Assembly: GCF_041956535.1 (NCBI RefSeq)
Contig: NW_027192213.1
Location: forward strand, 366,444-430,443
Source: Calcarisporiella thermophila CBS 279.70
Taxonomy: Eukaryota > Fungi > Calcarisporiellomycota
Length of the DNA: 64,000 nt
Reading direction: 5' to 3'
In this document: positions 13,046 to 26,383 of the stretch, one piece after another
Numbering within the stretch: position 1 is the first letter of the stretch
Layout: every line of letters begins with the position of its first letter
Position numbers and translations under genes: made by a program
Notes under the pieces: model-generated
What the model saw: the letters and a program-made list of their open reading frames with translations, nothing else
The model's database searches: none
Told to the model about the DNA's origin: nothing

Positions 13046-14635
13046 TTAAACCACGTCGGCCTCGCTTTCTTCGGCCATCTCCTCGTCCTCCGCCTCCTCT
13101 TCCTCCTCCTCGGTTCCGCCCCCCTCCTCTTCCTCCACGTCCTCCTCGGGGATGGCCGGCAGGTTCAGCAGCACGTCCTCCTCCCCCTCCCCTTCAAACG
13201 AATGGAAAATGGTGGTCACGTCCACCTCCTCCCGCTCCATCTCCTCCATCTGCAACCGGTCCCGCAACTTGACCTCGGGCACCACATCGAACTCGTCCTC
13301 GCGCTCCTCATACTCGATGTTCTCCTCCAGCTCCTCGAAGTCCGGCGCAAACGCGCTCCACGACTGCTGTCGGCCCCTTCCCCAAAGATACATGTCCCCG
13401 TAGTTCGTCACGGAGGCCACCACCGGCATGCTGGGGTGCCACGCCACGTCCTCCAAGGGGTCCTTCGGGCCCTGCAGAATCTTGGTGAGGATGCCCGTGC
13501 CCCGGTCCCAAATGTAGATGCTGTGCTCCGCTTTGTGGGCGCTCCCGCCAATGACGTATTCGTCGTCCGCGCTGAACCCACACTGCGACCACTGCGTCCT
13601 AGAGACCAGGTCCTGGAACTTGTGCTGGAGGTGGGGATGCCCTTCATCGTCGAGTGAGAACACCCGAATGATACGGTCATTTGCGTTGACCGCGAGATCT
13701 CTACCGTGCATATGGGAAGGGGGGAAGAGTGGAAGAGGTTAATCAGCGGGTGAGCGCAGCAGACGTGGTCGCACGAGTGGGCTTACCTTCCCCTTCGGCC
13801 CAGGTGGATCTGTTTAATTCCGCTGGTTGTGATTCGGATGGAATGCAGTACCTAGGATCGCAGCGTTCACGTTAGCTGGAAGTTCCTGCACTTTCATGGG
13901 CTATCATCTCAAAGGGTCTCACCTTCAACGTGGCCACGTCTATAATGTAGATAAATCCTCTTGAATTCCCGGTGTAAATTCGCTCGCCGGTCAGGTCGAA
14001 GCAAAGCGTTGTCACTGTGCCCGAAGAGTGCTCTTCCCCCTCTGGAGAGGTGGGGATGTCTCGCTGGTGAATACGGCCGTCCGAAAGCTCCACAAGGACC
14101 GGCGCCTCCTGGAAAAGCGACGCCGCGAATACAAAGCTATACACAACAAGGAAGAGCATCGGTAGTATTCCAAGTGTTTGTGTCTCGCGGATGAAATTGC
14201 AGGGCTTACTTATTGCGCGGATGCATAACGGCTCTGCTGACTGCCGCTCCAAACCGAACATCCCGCTTCCTCCCCTCGACCAAGTCCCAAAATATGCATT
14301 TCATGTCCTCCCCTCCCGTCAACAAGTACCGCCCATTTCTTGACCAGCTCAAGCTAGTCACCGGCCGAACATGCCCAATGAGCTGGCGGGCGACACTGTG
14401 AGTGTCAAAGTCCCAGACAAGACATGCTCCAGAGGCACAGCCCGCAGCCAGGAGGGTTCCCCATCGGTTAAAGGCACACGTTCGCACCCCTAAATCTGGG
14501 ATCTCCTCTTCGATGACATCTGGGAAATCCTGATCGAATGGGTCTGGCAGAGAAGAAGTAGATGTCAATGTGAGAGGCCTCGAGACCCAGTCTGGTAAAG
14601 TTTTCCGCCACCTTACCAAGAAGTTCAAGATTCAT
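13046..14635 (-). CDS. SWD1: COMPASS/Set1C WD40 subunit Swd1 (RBBP5), multi-exon
   Basis: MNLELL|DPFDQDFP start; 'GHVRPVTSLSWSRNGRYLLT', 'HKFQDLVSRTQW', 'WSAFAPDFEELEENIEYEEREDEFD'; acidic tail. Confidence 0.95.
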
Positions 14636-15674
14636 CGCCTTCTAGTTCGATTCATTTAGTCGTGAATGCGGCCGGAGAGTGAAGCTCTAGGTATTCAATT
14701 TGCTATCTTAATAGGGTGCTGCGCCAATAAGAGTTCTTTGATTTTTGCCAGCTGGAGAGCATCGAAATCGAGTACCATTAGTGAGTATAGACTACAGGCC
14801 GCCAGGGAATGTCCAGGAATGGCGCCACACCTCTTGTAGAAATAGGTTGAGACGTGGGCGTGTATGCGTAGGGGTGCTGGGTGAAATTGTATGCGCACGA
14901 TCGAGTGTCAATAGTCAACATATGTAAATGAATTGCATTGGGGGCTCCCTATGAATCAGAGATCTAATTAATATAAGCAGCATATCTGCGCTTCCTCCCT
15001 AGACCCAATTGCCGACGTGTCTCGAGATAGCCAGCTGCACAGAAATGGTGGCTGAAGAAGCCTTGGCGCTGTGTTGCCTGTGTGGTGGGAAGCCGTAGGT
15101 TCCAAATATAGACCGTGTCATGAATATTCAATGGAGGAGCAACTTCAACATATGAGGCGTCGCCTGCACACTGGGATATACCTCTCGTAGCTCGTAGTCT
15201 TTTTATTATTTTGGTATTATGTGCACCTTGTTTTCATAACCTCATTAAGCTATTCCGATCACAGCCGTTACCTTAATGGAGAAAAGCTCAAGGAGAGGGA
15301 AGAATGGGCTGAGCAGGTGCAAGGAAAATATATTAAAAAGGAAAAAAAATGGGTTGAATTAATATCGTCCCAGACGAGAAATAAAAAGGTGTAGATATCC
15401 CAAGAAAAGAGGAGGTATTGTCTACTATTGGTGGGGAAAGAACTGGAAGAAAAGAAAAAGAAAAGGAAAAAAAAAAAAAGCAAATCTTACAAAAAGAAAA
15501 ATGTTCAATTATTTAGGATAGAAAGAACAAAAAGACAAAAAAAAGGGGGGGAGAAAAGCACCGACAAGAGCCCTATGGAATTTAGAAAAAAAAAGACCAA
15601 GTTAAAAACAAAAAAAAAAAAGAGAACAAAAATATAATAGAAATCCCATTGCAGAAACAAAAGCAATACGAAGA

Positions 15675-16157
15675 CTAAATAAGTGACAGCTCCAGCGTCC
15701 ACACTCGCCGCGCCCACAATCTCACAGGTACCCGCCGCTCACCGCCCACATGCATATCCACCCCGTCCCACCACACTTTCCTCGCGGGCTTCTTCCAAAA
15801 CAGCAGCAATTTTTGAGCCGCCGCCAATTCGGCCTGCGTTCCGCCCTTTCGCAAGTGCGCCAAGGCCATCGACACGATTGTCGTCCTTCCGGGATCAATA
15901 CAGCGGTAGCCCCACCGCGACTCGCGATCGAATCCCGACATGCACAGCAAATCGACCAGGTGCTGCTCGGCGCTGCTCTCCTTTGCGTGGGCATTGCGCA
16001 GCAGCGGGGTAAACACGTCCCGCTGCTCAAGCAGATACTGCGCACACTCGGCTTTAAGGGCCTGAGTGTCACTGGTATAGTCGATGCGCGAGCTGCAGCA
16101 GGAATGGTGACAGTCCGCAGGGCAGTCCACTGTTGTCGAAGCATTCGAGGCGGCTTC

Positions 16158-16193
<36 letters not shown>

Positions 16194-16757
16194 TGAGACC
16201 TGGTTCTCACTGCTCTGCGAGGTCGCGGTCGTCTCCAGTTCCCCCGAGGATGACTCGGTCAGGGCGGCCTTCTTTGCTGGGGGAATCGCAAAAAACTCGA
16301 GCTCCTCGCGCAGTACAATAATGGCGGGCCGCTGCTGCGGATAGCCACTCATAAGGAACTCGCGCGCGCTCTGGAAGAAGCCCAGTAGATAGCTTAGGCA
16401 GGCAGGATCAAAATCGACGTAAGCAACGTGTTCCTCCTCGATATCTTCCTCCACCTCCGGCTCTTCCGCCAGATCATGGTCCAACTCATTCGATGGATGC
16501 TCATCAGCCTCATCCCCGTATTCCACCTGGCGGCCAAATATTATGCCCTGAGGGAACATTAGGACGAGAATGCTCTCGGGGAGGGCAAGCAGAAGGTCAC
16601 GGTCGCAATCGAAACGCGTACCCCGAAGATCGAGAACAAAATGCTCTGGAAACAGCACTTGATCCACCTCCATAGGCACATCGTACTCGGGGTGAGAGGG
16701 CGAGGGAGGAGCTGTGGTGTAAGTATTAGCTGCAGATGTAATGACGTCTGAAGTCAT
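15675..16757 (-). CDS. WHI2: Whi2-like BTB-domain growth/stress regulator, single exon
   Basis: BTB-like 'LDLRGTRF...LLALPESILVLMFPQG', 'YVDFDPACLSYLL', 'IIVLREELEFF'; Whi2 C-terminus 'KLLLFWKKPARKVWW...RRVWTLELSLI'. Confidence 0.85.
16158..16193 (-). repeat. Coding CAG/CAA repeat (12 Gln) in WHI2
   Basis: 12 consecutive CAA/CAG codons on the minus strand. Confidence 0.9.
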
Positions 16758-17535
16758 GATGGGTTGAATCTCTTTCTATTCTAATTTTGGTTAAACCGAG
16801 AGAGAGAGAGAGAAATGGGGAGGGAGGAGAGATAGGAGAGAGATAGGGTAAACAAGAAATAAAAGCGTGGAGGGAGAGCTTAGTAAACGAAAAAGGATAA
16901 ACGGGAGAATAAACAAAGAAGATTATGAGAGTGAAATCGAAATGAAAAGTGGTCGCGTTCGCCCGCCCCAATCAGCTTTTATAAAAAGAGAAAATCCCCT
17001 TTTTGTGTTGACAAAGAAATCAATTTGGAAAAAGAAAAAAAAATGCCGGCAATGTTCAAGATTAAAAAGCAATCCGATGCACACTAGTGAAATAGCTATT
17101 AATAATAATAAATCTTTACAACCAATATATACACAATAAATGGGCAGAAGAGGGGGAAAAAGACGGCAGGAGGACACCGACGAAGATAAAGAATGCTCAA
17201 TTAGAGTTTCTGAAATAGTGGCGCAGCGGACACTGCTGCGCATTGAGGAGCAGCGAGACCGAGATGGAGTGATAAGTCTTTCCCATCGGTGGGAACCTCT
17301 TTCCAAAACTATCACATTTATTGTAGAGAGAGTTTGTGTGTGTTTTCTTTCGATTCCGTCGTTAATAGGACATACAATCAAAACTAAAATTTTTTACAAG
17401 AAAGATAAAAACGTCTCAGTTCCTATGTGGTCAGCCTTTGGTCGCCTCTAAAGGCCACTGACCCATGGAAATATTCAAACAGTTCAAAAGAGAGAGAAAA
17501 AAAATAATAGGAGAAGCATTTGGCCGAGAGGCTGT

Positions 17536-20500
17536 CTAAAACCTCCATTCCTCGTCCACCTCCATCGCCCACTTGAACTTTTCGCGCAAGCTGCGGTTGA
17601 ACACCTTGTCTAGCGGCACCTTGTGCTTGTAACACCACGCTGCTGAGATGCGCGGGTCGATGTAGTTGATCTTGGACGTGCTCAGGGCAACTTGCTTTGT
17701 CTCATCCTGCAAACGCAAACGCAAACGCAAATGGGAGGATCAAGTTAGCCTTGCGTCGCTCCCCTCCAGGCAACGAGGGCCTATTGTGTGTGAGGCCTTA
17801 CCTTGGTTCTCATTTGGAAATGCGTGTTCGAAATCCGCTCGTTCACCTTCTTAATCGCTGCGTCCAACTTCTCGATGGTCTGGTTCCGCTTCGGCTCCAC
17901 CTTACCCGTCTCCCGTTCCTTCGCCAACTCCTTCTCCCGCTCATCCACCTCCTTCAACCGTGCCTGTAGCTCCTTGGCAGGCTTCGCCTCCTTCCCCTCC
18001 GCAACCAGCGCCTCGTTCTCCTTCTCGAATTTGGCCTGTATTTTCTCGCGCTCCTTCTCTAGCAGCGTCTTCTCGTGCTCAACGACCCAGTCCTCCTCAA
18101 GATCCGACTCGGGCTCAGTCAAATCTGGGCGAGCCTTCTTCAGCTTCGGGTCGATGGTGAGCATGGTCTGCTTCAGCTTCAAACGCTGGTATTTGAGTGC
18201 CCGTATCTACCGTAGCAGTTGAATGGAAGATGTCGTCAGCCGGAGCAATGATGCTTTCCACCCCCTCTCAAACATACCTTATCGCGAATCTTGGACATTT
18301 GCTGATGATGCCCCTTGCTGATGGAGCGCTGATGGTTGCAGAGTACGGCCACCTCCTGGTTGGCTCGGTTGTAAGCCAGGAGTTTCTCCGCAACTGAGCC
18401 TTCGGCTGGCGTGTTTTCCAGCTGCTGTTGAAAAACATACGAGGCATTATACGTACGGAACACCTTGGCCGTTAATCCCGGCATCAAGCTGTTAAGGTGC
18501 TTATTCAGCTTAGCAGTCTATTTAATGGGGCAAGGTGACACGTTAGTCCTCCAAAAGTAGAAGACGAGGTGTATGTTCTTATTAATGGAAAGGTTACATT
18601 TAGACGGTCAAATATAGGGTCCTCATCATCTTTGTCTTTTTTGAATATCTTCAAGTTCTTGAACACTTGTTCATCGACAGGGACTAGTAAGAAGAACAAG
18701 AAAATACCAGATAAGTTAGAGACCGATTGAGGGAGGACAAATAAAAGGGGGGAGGGGGAAAGGCCGCTTCTATACCTGTGTTTTCGTATTTGATCGAGTC
18801 TTTACCCAGGAAGCTCAGATGCACGATGTTCGGCGGCTCAAGCGACACATGCTCACAACGCAACGAACAACAACCCACAGTATCCGCCTCGTCATCCCCC
18901 TTTTCATTACCAGCTCTGAGCGCAAGATGGTCAATAAGCCACATGGCCGTTGCTCGCTGTCGAGTCTCCATCAGTTTGTCCTTCAACTCTGCCAAGTAGT
19001 CGCGACGAATCCTAGCAACATGTTTCTGGGATGAAGAGAAAGAGAAAAGAGAGAGGGGAGGAGGGATCAGCTTTCGCCACCAGTGCTATACACAACAACC
19101 AGTATTTACTTTGAGCTCTCTCGCCTTCTCGAACTTCTTGAAGTCGCTCTGACCCTTCCACGAGCTTCCGGCGGCAAGGAACACGTACTTGAAAGAGTCG
19201 TTTACATTCTCCTTCCACATTGCTAGCCAAGTGACCGTCTGATCGTGAACAATCTTGCCCCACTTATGGCCTTCTGGTGGTTTGGGAATTGGCGCGTCTT
19301 TACCAATATTGATGGTGACTTGCTCAGGCTGAACTCGAGTCTAATGCGATTTGCCAAAAACAGAAAAGGCGAAAACAAAAGCTGAGCACAAGCACAAGTA
19401 TCAACGAAAAAAGCCATATGATATAGTACCTTTAGGGTGCCGGTCTTTGGATGTGCGCCGCGACCACGAAATAGTCCGGGGGGCTCGATACGGAAATTGC
19501 CCACCTTCTCCTTCCGCCCATCCACCAGTGCATACATATACTTCTCTTCCATCTTGAGCTTTTCCTCCTTCAACCTCTACCCATGGAGGAAATACGAATC
19601 AATGAGTCAGTTAAGAGCTGGGAAATCGTCGTAGTCAGTATAGCCCATTTACCTTTTTCTCATCTTTGGACATTGCTTTTTTTTCTTCCTTAAGCCTCTC
19701 CAAATGATCGTAAATGGGGGTGAAGTCACATTTGTCGAACTCTTTGATAGGGGGTGGCTAGAGAGAGAGAGAGAAAGAAGACGAAATGTGGTTAAACATG
19801 TGAATGCATTGAAGTAAGCCCGATGGAGGCGCGTGCACTCTTCAAAATTTAAATAAATGAAATCGGGCTTACGTTTTTGCATTTGGCAAGCACAGCCAAG
19901 AAGTCGCGGAAAAAATTCTCCCTAAACTCCTTCTTCTCATAGTGATCGGTATTGAGCACTTGGGCAAAGTAAGTTGCCACCTCCTCGGCCTCAGGCTCAA
20001 GCTCCACTGGAACGCCTAAAATGATTAGAGAGGATTTCCAATGATCAGCCCAGTGTTCACAAGCCTGCCATATCCAAAAGAGTTTTACGAATCAGGCTCG
20101 AACAGAAAACTCACCATCATATTTCATCTTCACTCCATGGGGCTCGTACTCGGGGGGGAAGAGGACCCCGTTGTGTTCGAATGTGGTCCACTTGATGCTT
20201 CCATCATTCTCCTCGTTTTGCTCCTCCCACCAGCGATAGGCTTCCTCCTCCTCTTCCTCCACTTCTTTTTTGGTTTTCTTAGTTTTCGATTTTTCTGTCT
20301 CACTCTCCCCCTTGGATTCCTCCTTCTTCACCTTCTTAGCCACCCCATCAGCTGCATTCTCCTTGCTCTTGGTCGACGGCTTCGATGTGTTATTTGTGGA
20401 GCGCTTTCGCTTTTTCGTCTCGGACTGCGAATTGTTTGCCTCATTTCTGGCAGAAGCATCGTTCTCCTTTTTCACCGCTACAGCCGAAGATTTGACAGGG

Positions 20501-21026
20501 CGGATTTTTTTAGCCTAAAAAGCACACATACACAGCGTCTAAGTTATAAGGCCAATCCTTGAAAGCGCAAGAAATAGCAACCCACCAATGGAACGTCTGA
20601 ATCACTGTCACTGCTGGCCTCCTGCTTCTTACGCTTATCGAGCCCATTTGTCCCACCATTCATTTCTGTCGCTAACTTGCTTCCACCTTGCTTGGTCACC
20701 TTGCGCATTGCGAGAGGGATGTCATCGTCGGAGTCATCAGGAATTCTTGAGGCAGAGCGGATCTGGGATGCAGGTGGGGAGCTTGCCTCTGAATCCACAT
20801 CTATTCAAAAAAAAACAATCATGAAATGAGTTGAATGGGAAGAGCGAGAGTAAATTCATGGGCTCCAATTCATTAAATAAAAATAAGTCGATTCCAAAAT
20901 ATTGAGAAAAATACATAGAAATTGATGTGAACACCAGGAGAGGAGGGTATTCTCACCTATTTCGCGCTTTATTTTATCAGCCAGCCTCTTAGAGAGAGGA
21001 ATATCGTCTTCAGAATCGGAGCTCAT
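17536..21026 (-). CDS. TOP1: DNA topoisomerase I (type IB), many exons
   Basis: '[18 protein letters not shown]', '[21 protein letters not shown]', 'LRAGNEK', 'FLGKDSI', '[10 protein letters not shown]', 'LCNHQR', catalytic Tyr motif '[12 protein letters not shown]'. Start [11 protein letters not shown] at 21026. Confidence 0.96.
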
Positions 21027-21447
21027 GTTAAACAAATCAGATAAAGAATGGGAGGAAAATCAATATAAATCGCCGTTGTTGGAGACGAAAAAAAAAAATC
21101 TATGGTCGAAAACAAAAATAGAAAGTAGAAGAGAGAAAAGAAAAGCAAGAAACAGAGATAAATACCACTTTTGCTTGACTTAAAAAAAATTATGAAAACC
21201 CACGTTTAAGATTTGAAGGCAAAAGCAAGAGATAGCAGAAGATGGCTGCGCCCTTTAATTGATGACGTAACACAAAATCCGAGAATTTTGAAGTTAGGCG
21301 GATGCCATAGTCGCGTTAAACCGTAATAGCGAAGGGAGAGCATGTGGCCTCGGGTCATACTCAAACAACAATAGAAGCTTGTTTTATTATTTGTCAAAAA
21401 CGAGAAATAACAATGGAGAGGGGGATGAAGAGGCGACCTAGTCAAAT

Positions 21448-22251
21448 TTATGCGCGAGACCTAAGGCGGGAGGCGCGGGCCAACTGCCGAGCGTTAAGCT
21501 TAGCAACCTTCTTTCCTTCCTCACGCTCCACCGTAGCGTCCTCCTCAGCGACAATAATCTCAATGTGCGAGGGGGAACTTTGGTAGGGGTTGATGCGACC
21601 ATGGGCGCGGTAGGTGCGGCGGCGCATTTTAGGAGCCTATCCGACAATTCAATAGAGCAGCAAATGGTGAGCATTGCATTTCTGAGATGAGCAAAAGTGA
21701 AAATAAAGGCTAATGACTTAACAACCTACCTGGTTGACCTGGATGTGCTTGATGACCAAGCCGTCCACGTTCAAGCCTTTGGCCTACAGTCAGCAAAATA
21801 GACCACCATGAGAGAAGGCCAACGAGAATTATATCCACGGATCAACCTTACCTCAGCATTGGACTCAACATTCTTCAAGAGCCCCTCCACGAATTCGCAG
21901 GACTTCACGGGCCACCGACCCTGAGTGGTACCGAATTCCTTGGCCTGAGCAGTGCGGCCAACACCACCGTTGAAGCGGCGAAAGGGGATCGCACGCTTGT
22001 GGTCTTTGACAGCGGCAAGGTAGGTAAGAGCCTTCTTGAGGTTCATGCCGGAGATGGCGGCGGCAACCTCGCGAGTGTTCTTGAAGTGAACGCGGAGGTA
22101 CGAACCACGTGCCTTGGCGACTAGAGAAATGATGAGGGGCAATCGAGATCACGAGGAAAGCGTTAGATTAACATCATCGAAATTCCAACAGTGAAAAAAA
22201 AACTAACTTACTTTTAGCAGGATTAGCTGGAGTAGCCGCGTATCTGACCAT
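21448..22251 (-). CDS. RPL17: 60S ribosomal protein L17 (uL22), multi-exon
   Basis: [13 protein letters not shown]|..[17 protein letters not shown], 'GRWPVKS', '[21 protein letters not shown]'. Probable 5' UTR intron about 22270-22446. Confidence 0.96.
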
Positions 22252-22518
22252 AATGACGGGCAATTACTCCTAGAGGCCAAAAAAAGAAAAAAAAAGAAGA
22301 ATTAGCGATGATGGATTCCAGCCATGGCCTCTCGACATTCCAAGAAAATCGACACATCGACATCTTTAGTTTCGTGGTGATCTGGCAGGATGAATGGATG
22401 CATTCATCCCCCTCCCCACGGATGGATGCATCAACATGATAGATACCTTCACACTTATGGAATAAAGAAAAGAGAGGGGACCTTTTTGAATTTGCTCTTG
22501 GTCAAAAGCTAAAGTCGA

Positions 22519-23031
22519 ATGCTGCGCAGTCACAAATGTCTTTGTTCGACTCTCCCTCCTTCCACGCCAATGCACACCTCCAGACCCGTCGATCCCCTCC
22601 TCCAATCCACCCTCCTTATAAATCTCGCTAAATCCACCGACTCCAATACCTCTCTCTGTCTGCTTGCTGAATCATGCCGTCTTATTGACAATTATGGGCC
22701 TTGCTCGAACCAATCCGATCCTCATCAACATCAGCAATGGCTATTTGCCCGTGCTCGAGCCCACTTTGAGCTAGCCGGTGCATACCTGAGAGTGGGAGAG
22801 GTCACTCAGGCAGAGAGCGAGGCTCGATTCACCGTCGAAATCGCAGATAACTTTCTCAAAAAACGCACCCGATCCCAGCCTAAATCACCCACCAGCGAAT
22901 TAGATAAGAAAAGTGACGATGAATGGAGGGGTTTTTTAAGAGAAGCATTGGATTTGCTGGCTAACACGCTAAAAGCAAGGGGCCTGGATAGACTAGCAGA
23001 GCTTACTCTGATTCGGAAAGAGAAAGTCTGA
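22519..23031 (+). CDS. Hypothetical helical (TPR-like) protein, 170 aa
   Basis: Uninterrupted ORF filling the gap between RPL17 and the CMTR1-like gene. Helical-repeat-like segments 'LFARARAHFELAGAYLRVGEVTQAESEARFTV' and 'LREALDLLANTLKARG'. No family recognised. Confidence 0.6.
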   Translation: MLRSHKCLCSTLPPSTPMHTSRPVDPLLQSTLLINLAKSTDSNTSLCLLAESCRLIDNYGPCSNQSDPHQHQQWLFARARAHFELAGAYLRVGEVTQAESEARFTVEIADNFLKKRTRSQPKSPTSELDKKSDDEWRGFLREALDLLANTLKARGLDRLAELTLIRKEKV

Positions 23032-23133
23032 TAATACTCTTTGTGCTTATCCTGTATATATTCATTAATAACGCCTTATTTTGTTTTATTTTTTAAATTG
23101 TGTTGCCTTTTTCCCATTGTTCGTCATTCCACC

Positions 23134-25057
23134 TCAAGTATTGGCAGATAATCCGGGGGCAAACTTGATGTGCCTCACCTGTAAAATAAATAGAAAAATT
23201 AGACATTGTGAGCACGGGTGTGTCCAACTTGCTGGTTCGGTTTTCCTATGTGAGCGCAAAGGAAAACGGGAAATAAAAATGAAAATTGTTACCTCATCGA
23301 CTGGCAACCTCCATTCCTTGAAACACTGTCTTCGAACCTCCTCTTGATTCACTGAAGGGCCGAGCTCCGGATTCTCTACATGCTTTAGCATCTCCTGAAT
23401 ACTGTTGGTCTGCCCGACCGCGATCTTCATGTTCAGAGCCTGCAGATAATCTAAAAAGGCCTCGTCTTTCTGCATTTCTTCCAGGTCGACGATGCCAACC
23501 ACTTCCTCTCCGCGCTCCATCGTCACATTCACCTTCAGCAAATAGTCGACCAATTCTATCGGGTTCTTTTCACGGTTTCCATGACACACTGCGTAGCGCT
23601 CTGCATTTGCGGGGCGGCTTGGCAGCGGCTTCACAATTGTAATGCGGTCAAATATGGAGTGCAGGATGTACACGAGTCCGGCGGTGAATGGGAGGGATAT
23701 GTCGAATAGTTTGCAGACAAAGACGCCGCCCCTTCTTAAGATGAGCAGCATGGAAATGATTTGGCAGAGTAAGAGACGCCGCATGAGCCATTCTTGGTCC
23801 TGCTCTTTCCCTTCGAAGCAAAGGCCGCCATCGGCAGTGACCAGATCAACGCCATTGCCGTCCGTCGCTTGGTCGATTAAGCGCGCAAACTCTCGAATGT
23901 TTTGCTCCTTCAACAAGTCCCCTGCATAAAATAGAGTGCTTATAAGCGCTTTCCCGGGCGATTGTGCGATGATGAGCCCTTACCACTTCCGTCGACCCCG
24001 TCGCAAACAGAAAACGAGTTCTCCACATCGGTATCTGGATGGAACTTATCAAGCGCCCAGTCCTCCCCTTTTCCTGTCTTTAACGAGATTCCCCATCCCT
24101 TCACCGCCTCCCCGCTCGTTCGTTTCCTCCACAAAACATACTCCGAGAAGCCTCCCGGCCCGCCACACAAGTCTGCAAAACGGAACACGCCTGCAGACGA
24201 GACAGGGGACCCGGTGAGGTTGCATAGGACATCGAGGTACGCCAACTTGACGGCCGCACGGTTAATGAAGAGAGAGTTTGAGACCCGTTCGTATGGGTTG
24301 GCCCTGGAACGGGCTGCCGTCACCAACTCGTGCGGGACGCCCACCAATTTTTTCTACCAGTTGTAGTGGATGCGGTTAGCATTCGCAATCACGGGGAATC
24401 CACTCACGACAAAACAAAATAAATGCCTTCGTGTACCTTCATCTCCATCAATCTCGTCATGACTGCACCCATAGAAAACAGATCGAAATCCACAGTTTCG
24501 GGCTAACACATCAACAAGAGTCTAAATACTTGAATCAAAGAAATTAAGATTATTTTATAATAATGACCTTTTCCCCAACCACCATTCTCAATTTTTGTGA
24601 CCCCATGCCCCGCCCGCCTTCAAGGAATTCCACACGCTGCCTCACGTCCACTTGCACTTTTTGCCCCGCTTGCTGCGATGGCTGTTGCTGCTGATACACT
24701 GGGGCCTTGTCCCTGGTAGCCTCGGTAGAGTGATGCTGAGGATTGCGTTGCTGTGGTGGCAAGGGCCTTCTTCCGTCGCGCATCCCCTCATTATTATAGG
24801 AGCGATTTTGCGTTGGATGCGACATATTGGAGGGAATTTGACGGGGTTGGTGGGGTGGCTGGTTTGAATACTGTTGAGCACCTGGATGGCGTCCAGGCTG
24901 CGGGCAGGTATATACGGAAGGAGGGGGGACGCGAAAATGCAGGGGAGTACTGCGGTATTCCGGGTCGGCATCTAGGAGAGAAGGTATAGGTATTAACAGC
25001 AGCTCTACTAACAGCCAGAAAACCGAAGAATTGAACAAGACCTGTGTATGGATCCAT
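23134..25057 (-). CDS. CMTR1: FtsJ/RrmJ-fold cap-specific mRNA 2'-O-methyltransferase 1 (CMTR1)-like, multi-exon
   Basis: 'ARSRANPYE..FINRAAVKLA', SAM motif 'FADLCGGPGGFSEY', 'DLVTADGG', 'GGVFVCKLFD', 'KPLPSRPANAERY' (K-D-K-E tetrad). Q/P-rich N-terminus. Confidence 0.87.
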
Positions 25058-25233
25058 CCTATTTGCTACTATGTTTCCTCTCTACTTCCCAATTAACCAC
25101 GGTTTTCCTATGGTACTTCATATTCTCGGTGCTTTGAGAGTATGAAAGCCGAGTCACACCTGCGCCTCGTTCAAACAACAAATTCAAAACTGGTATATCT
25201 TTATTAGAACTCTTTCGCTCTCCCGTTCACACA

Positions 25234-25649
25234 ATGCGACCAACTAAGAAGCCCATTTCGCGATCGTCCAAGTCTGCCAGCGCTAAAACCTCAACGCGAT
25301 CAGCTTCTGCTCCCAAAATCGCACAAAATAGTGCCGGCATTAAGAAGAAAAAGTCCTTCGATGCTCATAAATCCAAACAACTCACAGAGAATCTTGATTC
25401 CATGCTTGATGATCTAATGCCAACCCTGAAGAAGAAGCGAAAAGATCATGTAAGGCTCTCCTCCTCCCCCTCTCCTCCCTCTCTGCTATTCCAACTATCC
25501 ATCGGTTTCACTAACTGCATGAGTATATCCAATAGACCAAATCGAAGCCAGATCGAGACACCATAGTCGAGGAAGCTGAGCAGCGGCACCAGCAACTGCA
25601 GCAAGACATGAACGCGGCGCTGGATGGGATCCTTAAGATGAACGCTTAG
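25234..25649 (+). CDS. Small basic hypothetical protein (about 110 aa), 2 exons, possibly nucleolar
   Basis: Lys/Ser-rich exon 1; GT..CTAAC..AG intron about 25450-25536; exon 2 ends '...QQDMNAALDGILKMNA*'. Confidence 0.6.
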
Positions 25650-26383
25650 ACAATACCGCTCGAATCATGCACTTTATCTTTTGATTATTTTATTTGTCTC
25701 ATTTTGAAATTCCCTGTTGTATATACAGCTCTTTAGATGCAACCAGGCGGTATTGCCGCCAAGCACCTTCCATAGACTGTCAATGGTAGAGAGGCCATCG
25801 TTGGCGTCTCTCTATTAGGCCTCACGGGTGGGACTGCGAGGGCATTGCTGAGCGGAGGCGAGTCGGCTAGGTGACTAACTTTAAAGATGTATAACTCGAA
25901 TCTTATTTTTTATAATTTTATATATGGACATTCCCAATACTGCTTTTAAAATCTTCGTGAAGAGAAAACAAGAAAAAAAAAAAACAAACTAATAGGCTAA
26001 TAGAAAAGGAGAAAGTAGAAAAAAGAAAATCGGGGCTATATATAAAGGAAAAAAAAAACTAATATAACAAAGGTAGGGAAGGAAAAAAAAAAAATATAAT
26101 ATAATCCCAGTGAAGAAGAAAATATCCTAGAAAGAAATAAAAGAAAATCCTAAAAATCCCCAGGAAAAGAAAAAGCCTAGCATGAGGAAATGGGCAAGAG
26201 AAAAGGTACCATAGAAGAAATAGAAAAAAAGGGGGTGGAACTTCAAATTGTAGAGAAATAAAATGCTTGGAAATCATATCAATAACAAAAAAAAAGAAAA
26301 AGAATATGGTCACTCCCTCCTCCGATTCCCTCACTTCCATGAGTGCAATAGCAAATAGAAAAAGGAAAAACAAAAAGTATTAT

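Noticed and set aside
13028-13657. 209-aa antisense ORF over SWD1
   Set aside because: Shadow ORF of a GC3-rich exon.
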